Assembly: GCA_963666275.2 (NCBI GenBank)
Contig: CAXXOA010000001.1
Span: 448,001-512,000, forward strand
Direction of reading: 5' to 3'
Source: Oceanispirochaeta sp.
Lineage (GTDB): Bacteria; Spirochaetota; Spirochaetia; DSM-2461
DNA: 64,000 nucleotides
The notes below the pieces were generated by a model. It was not told the DNA's origin, made no database searches, and saw nothing but the letters and a program-made list of their open reading frames with translations. Below, in pieces: positions 38,189 to 47,394 of the stretch; position 1 is the stretch's first letter; every line of letters starts with the position of its first letter. Both the position numbers and the translations under genes were made by a program.

Positions 38189-38968
38189 ATGTATAAAACA
38201 GCCAAAGATGTTCGACAGGCCTGCAGAGTTCAGGAATGGACAGGCCCTACAGCCGGTCTGGCCAGGGGGCATGTTCAGGCCAACCTGGCTATTCTTCCGG
38301 CCGACTGGGCACAGGATTTTCTCCTGTTCGCCCAGAGAAATCCTAAACCCTGTCCTGTCCTTGAAGTAGGAGAGGCCGGTTCTCCCCTTACAAGTATCAT
38401 TGCGGAAAACGCCAATATCTGCACGGATCTTCCCAAATACCGTGTGTACAGGGACGGAGAACTCACCGAGGAGTGCTCTGACATTTCAGATCTGTGGCAG
38501 GATGACTTTGTTTTTTTCCTTATCGGATGCAGTTTTTCCTTTGAACAGGCACTCCTGGCGGATGGCCTGGAAGTCCGTCATATTACGGAAAATGTGAATG
38601 TACCCATGTACAGAACCAATCTGATGTGCCGGGATGCGGGACGTTTCAAAGAGGTTCCCATGGTTGTGAGCATGCGGCCCTATGAACCGAAAGATGCTAT
38701 CCGCTCCATAGAAATTACCCGGGATTTTCCTGCGGTACATGGAAGCCCCGTACACATTGCCAAACCGGAAATGATAGGCATTTCGGATATTAACACTCCC
38801 GATTACGGAGACGCTGTGACAATTAAAGAGAATGAAATACCCGTTTTCTGGGCCTGCGGTGTTACCCCCCAGTCTGCTGCGGTTGTGGCAAAGCCCCCCC
38901 TTATGATTACCCACGCACCGGGACATATGTTTATAGGAGATCTTTATGACAACGACTTTAAAATCTGA
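38189..38968 (+). CDS. Putative hydro-lyase / D-glutamate cyclase family (DUF1445, YcsI-like)
   Basis: QANLAILP, RNPKPCPVL, GCSFSFE, FWACGVTPQ and THAPGHMF motifs. Confidence 0.9.
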   Translation: MYKTAKDVRQACRVQEWTGPTAGLARGHVQANLAILPADWAQDFLLFAQRNPKPCPVLEVGEAGSPLTSIIAENANICTDLPKYRVYRDGELTEECSDISDLWQDDFVFFLIGCSFSFEQALLADGLEVRHITENVNVPMYRTNLMCRDAGRFKEVPMVVSMRPYEPKDAIRSIEITRDFPAVHGSPVHIAKPEMIGISDINTPDYGDAVTIKENEIPVFWACGVTPQSAAVVAKPPLMITHAPGHMFIGDLYDNDFKI

Positions 38969-39851
38969 GTCTGTGAAGAGTCATGCCGATCAGGCCCGAT
39001 TCATAGAAAATCTGATTCAGCAGGACCCCGGAAAAAGGGGACTGGCAAACTGGGCTGTCCGGAATCATATCCTCCCGGCGACCGAGTCCCTGATGGGGGG
39101 AGAACACATCCTTCTGACTACAGGCTTTTTCATTAAAAATGCGGGGGTTATCGAGACTGACGGACCTCCCGGGGCCATTATCCTGGCGGATGCCCTCATC
39201 AAACTGGGTAAGTCTGTCACCATCATAGTGGATTCCCACTCTGTGGATATCATGAAAGCGGGATTTTCTTCCATCAACAGGGATATTGAGATCATCGGTT
39301 ATGACAGGGATGACAATCTTCTGGAGAAAAATCCTGTCCGCCCCGACACGACCCATTTTATTGCCATAGAGCGTCCCGGTCAGGCTGCGGACGGGAAATA
39401 CTACAATTTCAGAGGAGACGACATCTCTGCGGCTGTGTCTCCGGTGGATCAGCTTTTCCGCTACTGTTCCGGGAAGGGAATCGTGACCATCGGTATCGGC
39501 GACGGCGGGAATGAACTGGGTATGGGAATTGTTTCGGGCAATGTGGATCTCCATGTGGCTCCCGGCAGGGCTTTCAGCTGTAAAACCGATGCCCTCCACT
39601 GTGTGTGCGCCGGAGTCAGCAACTGGGCCGGTTACGGCAAAGCGGCTCTTCTCTCTCTGATGGCGGAAGAGAACCTTCTTCCCAGTCCCGAAGTCTTCGC
39701 CCGTATCCTGAATGCGGTGGTCGATGCAGGGGCGGTGGATGGCGTCAGCGGACGGCGGGAAGCCACTGTGGATGGCCTTGACGCCTCCTGGGAGTTCAAT
39801 CTGTTCGGACAGATGTACGATCTGGCATCCACCGCAGGAAAGGCCTGCTGA
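38946..39851 (+). CDS. DUF4392 protein (D-glutamate cyclase-like C-terminal domain)
   Basis: TTGF...ETDGPPGA, IAIERPG, IGIGDGGNELGMG, GVSNWAGYG and VDG motifs. Confidence 0.88.
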   Translation: MTTTLKSESVKSHADQARFIENLIQQDPGKRGLANWAVRNHILPATESLMGGEHILLTTGFFIKNAGVIETDGPPGAIILADALIKLGKSVTIIVDSHSVDIMKAGFSSINRDIEIIGYDRDDNLLEKNPVRPDTTHFIAIERPGQAADGKYYNFRGDDISAAVSPVDQLFRYCSGKGIVTIGIGDGGNELGMGIVSGNVDLHVAPGRAFSCKTDALHCVCAGVSNWAGYGKAALLSLMAEENLLPSPEVFARILNAVVDAGAVDGVSGRREATVDGLDASWEFNLFGQMYDLASTAGKAC

Positions 39852-39852
39852 T

Positions 39853-40473
39853 ATGAAGATCTATCCGCTGGGAGACTCCTGCCTGTGCTGGTCCCTGTCC
39901 GATGGGATAGACCAGAAGATTTCAGCCAGAATCCTCGCTGTCTACCGCTTCCTCAAAGAGAGCGGCAGGGAAGAGAAGGGGATCCTCGATCTGGTCCCCT
40001 CCTATAATGCCCTGGCTGTGCATTTTGATCCTCTGACAACAGACAGCCAGGCACTGGAAGCCTATGTCTCCTCTGTGTTTGAAAGGGATTTTTCCGATGG
40101 AGCATTGGCCGGGAAAACCGTTGAAATTCCGGTCCGTTATGACGGAGAGGATCTTCAGCGGGTGGCGGATCTGCACAATATGACAGTGAGAGAGGTGATC
40201 GATCGACACAAGGGGAGTACCTTTACTGTTGCCATGGTGGGATTCCTTCCCAACTTTCCCTATCTGATAGGGCTGGATCCGGAACTGGAAACTCCCCGTC
40301 TCGACAGTCCCCGGGTCAAAGTGCCTGCCGGAGCTGTTGCCATCGGAGGCGCCCAGACAGGGATTTATCCGGCAGAATCCCCGGGAGGATGGAATCTCAT
40401 AGGATCCACCGATCCGGCTCATCTCTTATCCATCCAGCCGGGAGATACAGTCATTATGAAGGAGATAGATTGA
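39853..40473 (+). CDS. pxpB: 5-oxoprolinase subunit B
   Basis: PLGDS, LVPSYN, IPVRYDGEDL, GFLPNFPYL and IYPAESPGGWNLIG motifs. Confidence 0.88.
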   Translation: MKIYPLGDSCLCWSLSDGIDQKISARILAVYRFLKESGREEKGILDLVPSYNALAVHFDPLTTDSQALEAYVSSVFERDFSDGALAGKTVEIPVRYDGEDLQRVADLHNMTVREVIDRHKGSTFTVAMVGFLPNFPYLIGLDPELETPRLDSPRVKVPAGAVAIGGAQTGIYPAESPGGWNLIGSTDPAHLLSIQPGDTVIMKEID

Positions 40474-41201
40474 TGCATATCAATTGCGATATAGGAGAAA
40501 GGGGTGCTGACCATCCCGTCGATAGAGAGCTGATGAATCACATCAGCCTGGCCAATATTGCCTGCGGAGGCCATGCGGGAGACAGGGAGAGCATTGAGGC
40601 TTTCCTCGCTCTGGCAAAGAAAAACAAGGTTTCTGTGTCTGCTCATTTATCCTATCCCGACAGGGAGAATTTCGGAAGATTTTCCATGGACATTTCAACC
40701 CGGGATCTTCTGAAGAGCCTGGACGATCAGTTTGCCCTGATGGGCGGGGCGGAAATGGTGAAATTCCATGGGGCTCTCTATAACGACTGCTGGGTAAACC
40801 GGGATCTCTCCAGAGATCTGGCCTCCTGGCTGAACAGTCAGGGTGTAAAGACAGTGGTCACTCCCTATCAGTCCTGTCTGGCCGAAGAGAGCCTGAATCT
40901 GGGAATGGATGTTTTATACGAAGCCTTTGCTGAGAGACGCTATGCCTATGATCCTGAAAAGGGGCAGCTGACCCTTGTCAGCCGGAATCTGGATTATGCG
41001 TCCATTCATGATCTGGATGAGGCCGTTTCCCACGCTATGCATATTCTGACCAATAAGGAAGTGGAGGGGCACATCTCTCTGGCGGATGGTTCGGTCAGAA
41101 AAGAACCCGTTGAGATCAAGGCCGATACGATCTGTATTCATTCGGATTCTCCTATTTCACTCGAACTGGCACAGCGGCTTTCGGGGCAGAACGCAGGCTG
41201 A
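40473..41201 (+). CDS. pxpA: 5-oxoprolinase subunit A (LamB/YcsF family)
   Basis: NCDIGE, ANIACGGHAGD, AHLSYPDRENFGR, KFHGALYN and TICIHSD motifs. Confidence 0.88.
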   Translation: MHINCDIGERGADHPVDRELMNHISLANIACGGHAGDRESIEAFLALAKKNKVSVSAHLSYPDRENFGRFSMDISTRDLLKSLDDQFALMGGAEMVKFHGALYNDCWVNRDLSRDLASWLNSQGVKTVVTPYQSCLAEESLNLGMDVLYEAFAERRYAYDPEKGQLTLVSRNLDYASIHDLDEAVSHAMHILTNKEVEGHISLADGSVRKEPVEIKADTICIHSDSPISLELAQRLSGQNAG

Positions 41202-41202
41202 T

Positions 41203-42060
41203 ATGTTCAAGATCAGAAAACAGGGTTTATACAAAACAGTCTCTCTTCCGGCTTTCGGAAATCAGGACGTGGGGATTACTCCGGGCGGAGCCATGGATCT
41301 TTTCGCCTATCAGACGGGAAATGTACTGCTGGATAACAGGCGGGATGCCCCGGCTCTGGAAATGCTTTTTCCCCCCACCCTGGAATTTGAACAGGACACT
41401 TTTTTTGTCCTGACCGGCTCCTCCTGTTTGGGAGTCCGGCTTTCTGGTCCCGGGGGAGAGCAGACTATCCATCACGGAGAGGTTTCTCTGGCCCGGGCCG
41501 GGAGCGTCCTCTCTTTCGGAAAGAGGAATTACGGATTCCGAACCTACCTCTGCTACCGCTCAGCCCGGGAGCTTTCCGGCTCGGAAAATCCCGTGGGAAG
41601 GAAGAGAGGCTCCATAGGAGAGATTGCCCGCTGGATGGATCCGAAAGGCTATATCCGAGTGGTTGAAGGGCCTGAATATGATTCTTTGAATGATAAAGAA
41701 CTCTTTTTCAGAGAATCCTGGAGAATCTCACCCGAGACAAGCGATATGGGAATGCGGCTGGAAAATCCCTGTCTCCCCCTGAGTGTCTCCATGGGGAATA
41801 TGGTTTCAGAGGCCGTCGCTTCCGGTACGGTTCAGCTGACTCCCAAAGGTCCGATCATTCTTATGAAACACAGACAGACTGTGGGAGGCTATCCCCGTAT
41901 TTTCAATGTCATATCAGCGGATCTGGATCTGCTGGGGCAGGTGATGCCGGGGCAGAAACTCAGTTTCAGAAAAGTCACTCACGAAGAAGCGGTAGATATT
42001 CTGCGTAGGCAGAAAGAAGATATTGAAACATTGCAAAAAAGGTTCCTTGTGGAGGTCTAG
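41203..42060 (+). CDS. pxpC: 5-oxoprolinase subunit C
   Basis: GITPGGAMD, GFRTYL, SDMGMRL, GTVQL and QTVGGYP motifs. Confidence 0.85.
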   Translation: MFKIRKQGLYKTVSLPAFGNQDVGITPGGAMDLFAYQTGNVLLDNRRDAPALEMLFPPTLEFEQDTFFVLTGSSCLGVRLSGPGGEQTIHHGEVSLARAGSVLSFGKRNYGFRTYLCYRSARELSGSENPVGRKRGSIGEIARWMDPKGYIRVVEGPEYDSLNDKELFFRESWRISPETSDMGMRLENPCLPLSVSMGNMVSEAVASGTVQLTPKGPIILMKHRQTVGGYPRIFNVISADLDLLGQVMPGQKLSFRKVTHEEAVDILRRQKEDIETLQKRFLVEV

Positions 42061-42062
42061 TT

Positions 42063-42923
42063 ATGGGAATTTATTATATCGACGGGAAATTTGTTCCTGA
42101 AAATGAAACGACAGTATTGGCGAAGGATATAGCTGTTTTGCGCGGTTATGGTGTTTTTGATTTTATGCGGACATACAACAGGCGTCCCTTTCATCTGGAA
42201 GATCATATCGCCAGACTCCGGAATTCCGCCGATCTGATCGGTCTGGAGCTGAGATGGTCCGATGAGGAAATCGCTCAGGCTGTTTACGATACCATGGATA
42301 AAAATCCCGGGTATGAAGAAGCGAATATCCGTATTGTTGTGACCGGAGGAGAGAGTTCCAACGGTGTTCTTCCCGAAGGAAAGGGAAAGCTCATTGTCAT
42401 GGTTACGGAAAAGCACTCCCTCCCTGACTGGTGGTACACAGACGGCGCTCCCGTTATTACCGTGGATATTGAACGGTATATTCCCGAAGCCAAAAGTATC
42501 AACTATATGAATGCGGTTATGGCTCAGCAGAAAGCTGTCAAAGCCAAGAGCATTGAAGCGATTTATGTCGATAAGGACAACCGGGTTCTGGAAGGAACCA
42601 CAACCAATATTTTCTGCTTCAAAGGCAATAAAATCATCACTCCCGGAAAGGATATTCTCAACGGGATCACAAGAAAAGTCGTCCTGGAAATGGTAGGGGA
42701 TATGTACGATCTTGAAATCCGGGATATCCTGAAGGATGAACTGAAAGATTTTGATGAAATTTTCATTACCGCATCCAACAAGGAGATCGTTCCTGTAAAC
42801 AGAATTGATGATCTTGTGATCGGAAATGGAAAACCCGGTCCCAAAACCCTGGCTGTTATGGATGCCTTCAGAGAGCTGACCGGAGCTTATGGAAAAGCTG
42901 AGCTCGAAGCCGCCGCGGTTTAA
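42063..42923 (+). CDS. PLP fold-IV aminotransferase, probably a D-amino-acid aminotransferase
   Basis: LRGYGVFD, IRIVVTGG, AKSINY, EGTTTN, ILNGITR and TASNKE motifs; adjacent to alr. Confidence 0.85.
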   Translation: MGIYYIDGKFVPENETTVLAKDIAVLRGYGVFDFMRTYNRRPFHLEDHIARLRNSADLIGLELRWSDEEIAQAVYDTMDKNPGYEEANIRIVVTGGESSNGVLPEGKGKLIVMVTEKHSLPDWWYTDGAPVITVDIERYIPEAKSINYMNAVMAQQKAVKAKSIEAIYVDKDNRVLEGTTTNIFCFKGNKIITPGKDILNGITRKVVLEMVGDMYDLEIRDILKDELKDFDEIFITASNKEIVPVNRIDDLVIGNGKPGPKTLAVMDAFRELTGAYGKAELEAAAV

Positions 42924-42926
42924 GCT

Positions 42927-44060
42927 ATGCTTCCTGAGCATGTGATACAGGCGGATATTGATCTGTCTGCTGTTCAGCACAATGTCACTGTTTTAAAGGG
43001 GCACATTGGTCCTGCTGTTAAACTGGCGGCTGTGGTGAAGGCCAATGCCTACGGGCACGGGGCTGTGGAAGTGGCGGAAGCCGCTGTCCTGGGCGGTGCT
43101 GAATACCTTGCGGTTGCAAGGTATTCGGAGGCACTGGAACTGCGGGAAGGGGGCATAAAGGCTCCTGTCCTGATCTTCGGCCATACCCCTCCCGTTCTGG
43201 CAGAGACTATTGCCCGGTACGGCCTGACGCCGGTGGTCAATTCCCTCCAGGAGGCCCGGACGCTCTGTGAAGCGGCGGCTGCCCTGGAGGAAATCATCAC
43301 AGTTCATGTCAAAATCGATACGGGTATGGGCCGTGTGGGCCTGCCCGGCGCTTCTGTTGAAGAGACTGTTGCGGATGTGCTGAGGATCCATGATCTTCCC
43401 GCTCTCCACCTGGAGGGTATCTTTACCCATTTTGCCAATGCTGATTCAGCGGATAAAACTCATGTAAAAGAACAGTTCTCCCTGTTCTCCCGGATTCTGG
43501 ACTCTCTGGAGGAGAGGGGATTGAGGATTCCCATCCGTCATGCCGCCAACAGTGCGGCAACCCTAGAGTTCCCCGAGTCTCATCTGGATATGGTCCGTCC
43601 CGGGATTGTCCTCTACGGGCTGGCCCCTTCGAAAGATGTGGACATGACGCGTCTGCCTTTAAAACCTGTGATGTCTCTGAAGACAAAGATCATTCATCTG
43701 AAAAAAGTCCCGTCGGACTTTAAAATCAGTTACGGCAGTACCCATGTCACTGAGCGATCAACAAGGATCGCCACAGTCCCTATCGGCTATGCAGACGGGT
43801 TCAGCCGGCTTCTCTCTTCAAAGGGATTCATGCTTGTCAAAGGCAAAAGAGTTCCTATTGTCGGAAGGGTCTGTATGGATCTTACCATGATCGATGTCGG
43901 GGATGTTGAAAATGTCAGGGTGGGGGATGAAGTCGTCGTATTCGGTCCCCAGGAGGATCAGTATCTTGCTGCTGATGAACAGGCGGATCTGGAAGGAACC
44001 ATCAATTATGAAGTGGTCTCCACTCTGACATCCAGGGTTCCCCGGGTGTATCTCCGCTAG
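42927..44060 (+). CDS. alr: Alanine racemase
   Basis: AVVKANAYGHG, KIDTGMGR, MVRPGIVLYG, ISYG, GYADG and GRVCMD motifs. Confidence 0.95.
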   Translation: MLPEHVIQADIDLSAVQHNVTVLKGHIGPAVKLAAVVKANAYGHGAVEVAEAAVLGGAEYLAVARYSEALELREGGIKAPVLIFGHTPPVLAETIARYGLTPVVNSLQEARTLCEAAAALEEIITVHVKIDTGMGRVGLPGASVEETVADVLRIHDLPALHLEGIFTHFANADSADKTHVKEQFSLFSRILDSLEERGLRIPIRHAANSAATLEFPESHLDMVRPGIVLYGLAPSKDVDMTRLPLKPVMSLKTKIIHLKKVPSDFKISYGSTHVTERSTRIATVPIGYADGFSRLLSSKGFMLVKGKRVPIVGRVCMDLTMIDVGDVENVRVGDEVVVFGPQEDQYLAADEQADLEGTINYEVVSTLTSRVPRVYLR

Positions 44061-44099
44061 TCCCGGTTCAAACCGTCCGAGGGGCCCCCGGATAGGGGG

Positions 44100-44984
44100 T
44101 CACTCCAGAATCAGCTCTTTCAGAAATTTCAGACAGCTGTGAACCGCCGGCTGGTCGGAGAGTTCAAAAGCCTCTTTCAGTGATACCACCTTCCGGAGTC
44201 TCTCCTCTCTTTCATCCCACTGCTTTCTCAGCTTGCTCACCTCGATGGGAAAGGCAAGCATATTGATATAGTCGCTTCCTCTTTTGTAGGGAATCCTGAT
44301 GGGACGATGGGTCACGGTCCCTTCCACTCCGGCCTCTTCGTAGGCTTCCAGCAGGGCCACTTCTTCAAAGGTTTTCCGGCTCTCCTGATGGCCTTTGGGA
44401 AAAATCCAGTGATGGTTGTTCCGTTTCGTTACCAGAATGACCCGGAGTTTTCCTTTCTTCCAGAAGTAGGGAATCGTACCCACAACTCCCTTGTTCATTC
44501 CCGAGGGGAGGAGCTGATGGAGCTGATGAGCATCGATCCTGGCGAGGGAGCGGTTCATATACCTTTTGTCAAAGGTTACCTCTTCGCCGAAATAGGGCGG
44601 CGGCTGGAATAGGGCTGCTTCTTTTTTATCAACGAATTCCACTTCCGCAGTGTACAGCCCCTGCAGGGAGCCCTGGTAGGCATCAATTTCCACTTCCATT
44701 TCCTGCCATAGGGTTGTATAGCGGATTTTCTCAAGACGAAGCCCTTCCGTTGCTTCCCAGAAAAGGTCAAACTGGGACTGGCTTATTTCCGTTTCCAGCT
44801 CCTTCCGGCGGAGACCCGATCCGATTTTCACAGTCTGGTAACAGGTCTTCTCTTTCTGACGGAGCCGGACTTCTCTGTCCTTTTCCAAAGCCAGATATCC
44901 CTGTTTTATCCGGGCTTTCTGTATATATTTCAAATCCTCCGGGAGCGTCTCCAGTAGAAATTTTCTTTCAATTTCATGATTCAT
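44100..44984 (-). CDS. CYTH domain - NUDIX hydrolase fusion
   Basis: EIERKFL, QGYL, EKIRY and AEVEF (CYTH), then WIFPKG...EAYEEAG (Nudix box); AGGAG RBS before ATG 44984. Confidence 0.85.
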   Translation of the reverse strand: MNHEIERKFLLETLPEDLKYIQKARIKQGYLALEKDREVRLRQKEKTCYQTVKIGSGLRRKELETEISQSQFDLFWEATEGLRLEKIRYTTLWQEMEVEIDAYQGSLQGLYTAEVEFVDKKEAALFQPPPYFGEEVTFDKRYMNRSLARIDAHQLHQLLPSGMNKGVVGTIPYFWKKGKLRVILVTKRNNHHWIFPKGHQESRKTFEEVALLEAYEEAGVEGTVTHRPIRIPYKRGSDYINMLAFPIEVSKLRKQWDEREERLRKVVSLKEAFELSDQPAVHSCLKFLKELILE

Positions 44985-45162
44985 ACTCCTACTATATAAA
45001 AAATAAATCACTTGGTCTTTACTTGTCTGCCTGGAAATCTTCCAACATTTCATCTCTTCCTCTCATCAGAGAGGAAATAAGAATCCTTTTCCGGATGGAA
45101 TGTGAATATTTACATAATAATTGGTCTATATATAACTATAAAAATATAATGATAAAAAAATA

Positions 45163-45192
45163 TTGACAACTCCTGAATGGTGCTGTTTAAAT
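45163..45192 (+). promoter_or_regulatory. Candidate sigma70 promoter of the Mrp-Mbx operon
   Basis: TTGACA at 45163 and TTAAAT at 45187 (18-bp spacer, TG upstream), within an AT-rich region. Confidence 0.45.
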
Positions 45193-45377
45193 AGTAATTA
45201 CACAATATATATTTCCTTTAATATTTATAAACACCAGGATTGAATCTTAAAATCTGCTTTTAAAAAAAAAGGAGTTTTTCTTTCGCAACAGATTTTAAAG
45301 GATTACGATTAAAGGAATAGCCTACCCCGATTTACTTATAACTGGAAACTTTACTACTAAAAAAATGGAGGAATTCT

Positions 45378-45869
45378 GTGAAGTTTAAAACCGCCGTTAT
45401 TTCGCTTGTGTTGGGCCTGCTGTTCTGGCTCGGTCTGAACGGCAGTTCTGATCCGGGAGTACTTATTGCAGGGGCTGCCGTTGCGTTCATCGCGGCGTCA
45501 TTCCATGTGAAATCTCCTGTCCTGGGAGATCTAAGGCTCACACCCAAAGCGCTCTTCGCCTTCCTGGCCTGGATGTTTGTTTTTGCTTTTGAACTGATCA
45601 AATCCAATATCGACGTGATGTTCCGGGTTATCTCTCCCCGGGTAAGGATCAATCCGGCCATTGTGGAAGTCAAAACCAGGCTGAAGTCTCCTCTGGGACG
45701 ACTGGCCCTGGCAAATTCCATCACTCTCACACCGGGAACACTCACGGCGGATATCAGGGATGACAGCCTTTTTATCCACTGGATCGATGCCTCCACCACC
45801 AATGTGGAAGAGGCCACTGATGCTATCGTGGCAAAGTTCGAAAAACATCTGGAGGTGATCTTTGGCTGA
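45378..45869 (+). CDS. mnhE: Na+/H+ antiporter module subunit MnhE (MbxA-like)
   Basis: INPAIVEVKT and LANSITLTPGTLT motifs. Confidence 0.9.
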   Translation: MKFKTAVISLVLGLLFWLGLNGSSDPGVLIAGAAVAFIAASFHVKSPVLGDLRLTPKALFAFLAWMFVFAFELIKSNIDVMFRVISPRVRINPAIVEVKTRLKSPLGRLALANSITLTPGTLTADIRDDSLFIHWIDASTTNVEEATDAIVAKFEKHLEVIFG

Positions 45870-46122
45870 CCAGATTCTTATGATTGCGGTCCTGATCTCC
45901 CTGGGGAGCATCGGGATCATTCTTATCCGGTTTATACTGGGACCTTCTGTTCTGGACAGGGTCGTGGCCTTTGATGCAGCCGGTATCATCGGGATTTCCC
46001 TGATTGTTCTGCTCTCCCATTTTCTGGAAAGGGTCATCTATGTGGATGTGGCTCTTGTTTATGGCCTGCTCAGTTTTATCGGTGTCCTGGTTGTGGCCAG
46101 GTATCACGAAAGGGGGCTTTGA
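45862..46122 (+). CDS. mnhF: MnhF-like subunit (MbxB)
   Basis: GPSVLDRVVAFD motif, 3 TM helices. Confidence 0.88.
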   Translation: MADQILMIAVLISLGSIGIILIRFILGPSVLDRVVAFDAAGIIGISLIVLLSHFLERVIYVDVALVYGLLSFIGVLVVARYHERGL

Positions 46123-46458
46123 ATGGAAATGTTAGGCGCAATCCTTGCCCTGATGGGATCAATAATCTTTCTGATCAGTGCTTTGGGATTAATCCGTATG
46201 CCCGACCTGTACAACAGGATTCAGACGGGAACCAAAGCCACCACCCTGGGAACCATACTCCTTGCGGTGGGGCTCTGTCTTGTTCACCCCGCATGGACGG
46301 GAAAGCTAGTAATCCTGATGCTTTTTATACTGCTGACCAACCCGATCTCCTCTCATGTGGTGGCCAGGGGAGCCCATTACAGCGGTCAGGAAATGACAGA
46401 GAAAACCATTAATGACGCTCTGGCGGAGGAAGATCCTCAGAAGGAGGTGACAGCATGA
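46123..46458 (+). CDS. mnhG: MnhG-like subunit (MbxC)
   Basis: RMPDLYNR, TKATTLG and TNPISSH motifs. Confidence 0.9.
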   Translation: MEMLGAILALMGSIIFLISALGLIRMPDLYNRIQTGTKATTLGTILLAVGLCLVHPAWTGKLVILMLFILLTNPISSHVVARGAHYSGQEMTEKTINDALAEEDPQKEVTA

Positions 46459-46700
46459 CTGTGATTTTTCTTATCGTGGCACTCTTTACGCTTGTTCTGG
46501 CTCTTTATGCGGTTCTGACAAAAGACAGAACCGTGGCCGTCCTGTCGGCGGGAGCTGCCGGGCTGTTCGCTTCGATCCTGTTTATCATGATGGCTGCTCC
46601 GGATGTGGCCATGACCGAAGCGGCCATCGGAAGCGGTTTGACCACATTTATCTTTTTCTTTGCTCTGAAAAAAGTGAAAAGGGGGCAGGGGAATGGTTAG
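46455..46700 (+). CDS. MbhD/MbxD-like subunit (DUF4040)
   Basis: APDVAMTEAAIG motif. Confidence 0.85.
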   Translation: MTVIFLIVALFTLVLALYAVLTKDRTVAVLSAGAAGLFASILFIMMAAPDVAMTEAAIGSGLTTFIFFFALKKVKRGQGNG

Positions 46701-47394
46701 GAAAGGTTTTATTCTTCTTATGATCCTGGCCCTGGGAGCTCTTTTCTGGGATTTTGCAGGGGAATACGCAAGCCGTCAGGTTCTGCCTGAAGTCTCCGCC
46801 CACTATGTGGAACAGGGACCGGAAGAGCTGGGAGCACCCAATGTGGTTACCTCCGTGGTTGTAACCTACCGGGGGCTGGATACCCTGGGAGAAGTGACGA
46901 TCCTTTTTGCCGCCGCAGCGGTAGTGGGTCTTCTGCTCCATCTCAAGGGAAATGAAAACGAAAAAAGGCGGGAGGGGAGTGAGCTGCTGCAGACCGGAGC
47001 AGCCCTTCTGTTTCCTCTGATCCTGCTGTTCGGCGTGTATGTCTTTATGAACGGGCATCTTACACCGGGGGGTGGTTTTCAGGGCGGCGCCATCATCGCA
47101 TCGGCTGTGGTCCTGTCAGCTCTTGCCCATCCCGACAGAAAGGGGAATCACACTGTCCTTTCTCTGATCGAATCCCTCTCCGGGCTGAGTTATGTCATCC
47201 TGGGGGCGGCGGGAGTCTTCCTGACAGTCAATGGGTTTCTGGATAATCGGATCCTCCCTCTGGGCAGGTATGGTTCCCTCTTCAGCGCCGGGCTGATCCC
47301 TGTGATCTACTCTGTGGTGGGGCTCAAAGTCGGTGCGGAGCTCAGCTCCGTGGTGGTTTCTCTGAAAGGAGAACCCGGGGAGGAGAGGGTATGA
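46693..47394 (+). CDS. mnhB: MnhB-like subunit (MbhE/F-type fusion)
   Basis: NVVTSVVVTYRGLDTLGE and GHLTPGGGFQGG motifs. Confidence 0.9.
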   Translation: MVRKGFILLMILALGALFWDFAGEYASRQVLPEVSAHYVEQGPEELGAPNVVTSVVVTYRGLDTLGEVTILFAAAAVVGLLLHLKGNENEKRREGSELLQTGAALLFPLILLFGVYVFMNGHLTPGGGFQGGAIIASAVVLSALAHPDRKGNHTVLSLIESLSGLSYVILGAAGVFLTVNGFLDNRILPLGRYGSLFSAGLIPVIYSVVGLKVGAELSSVVVSLKGEPGEERV

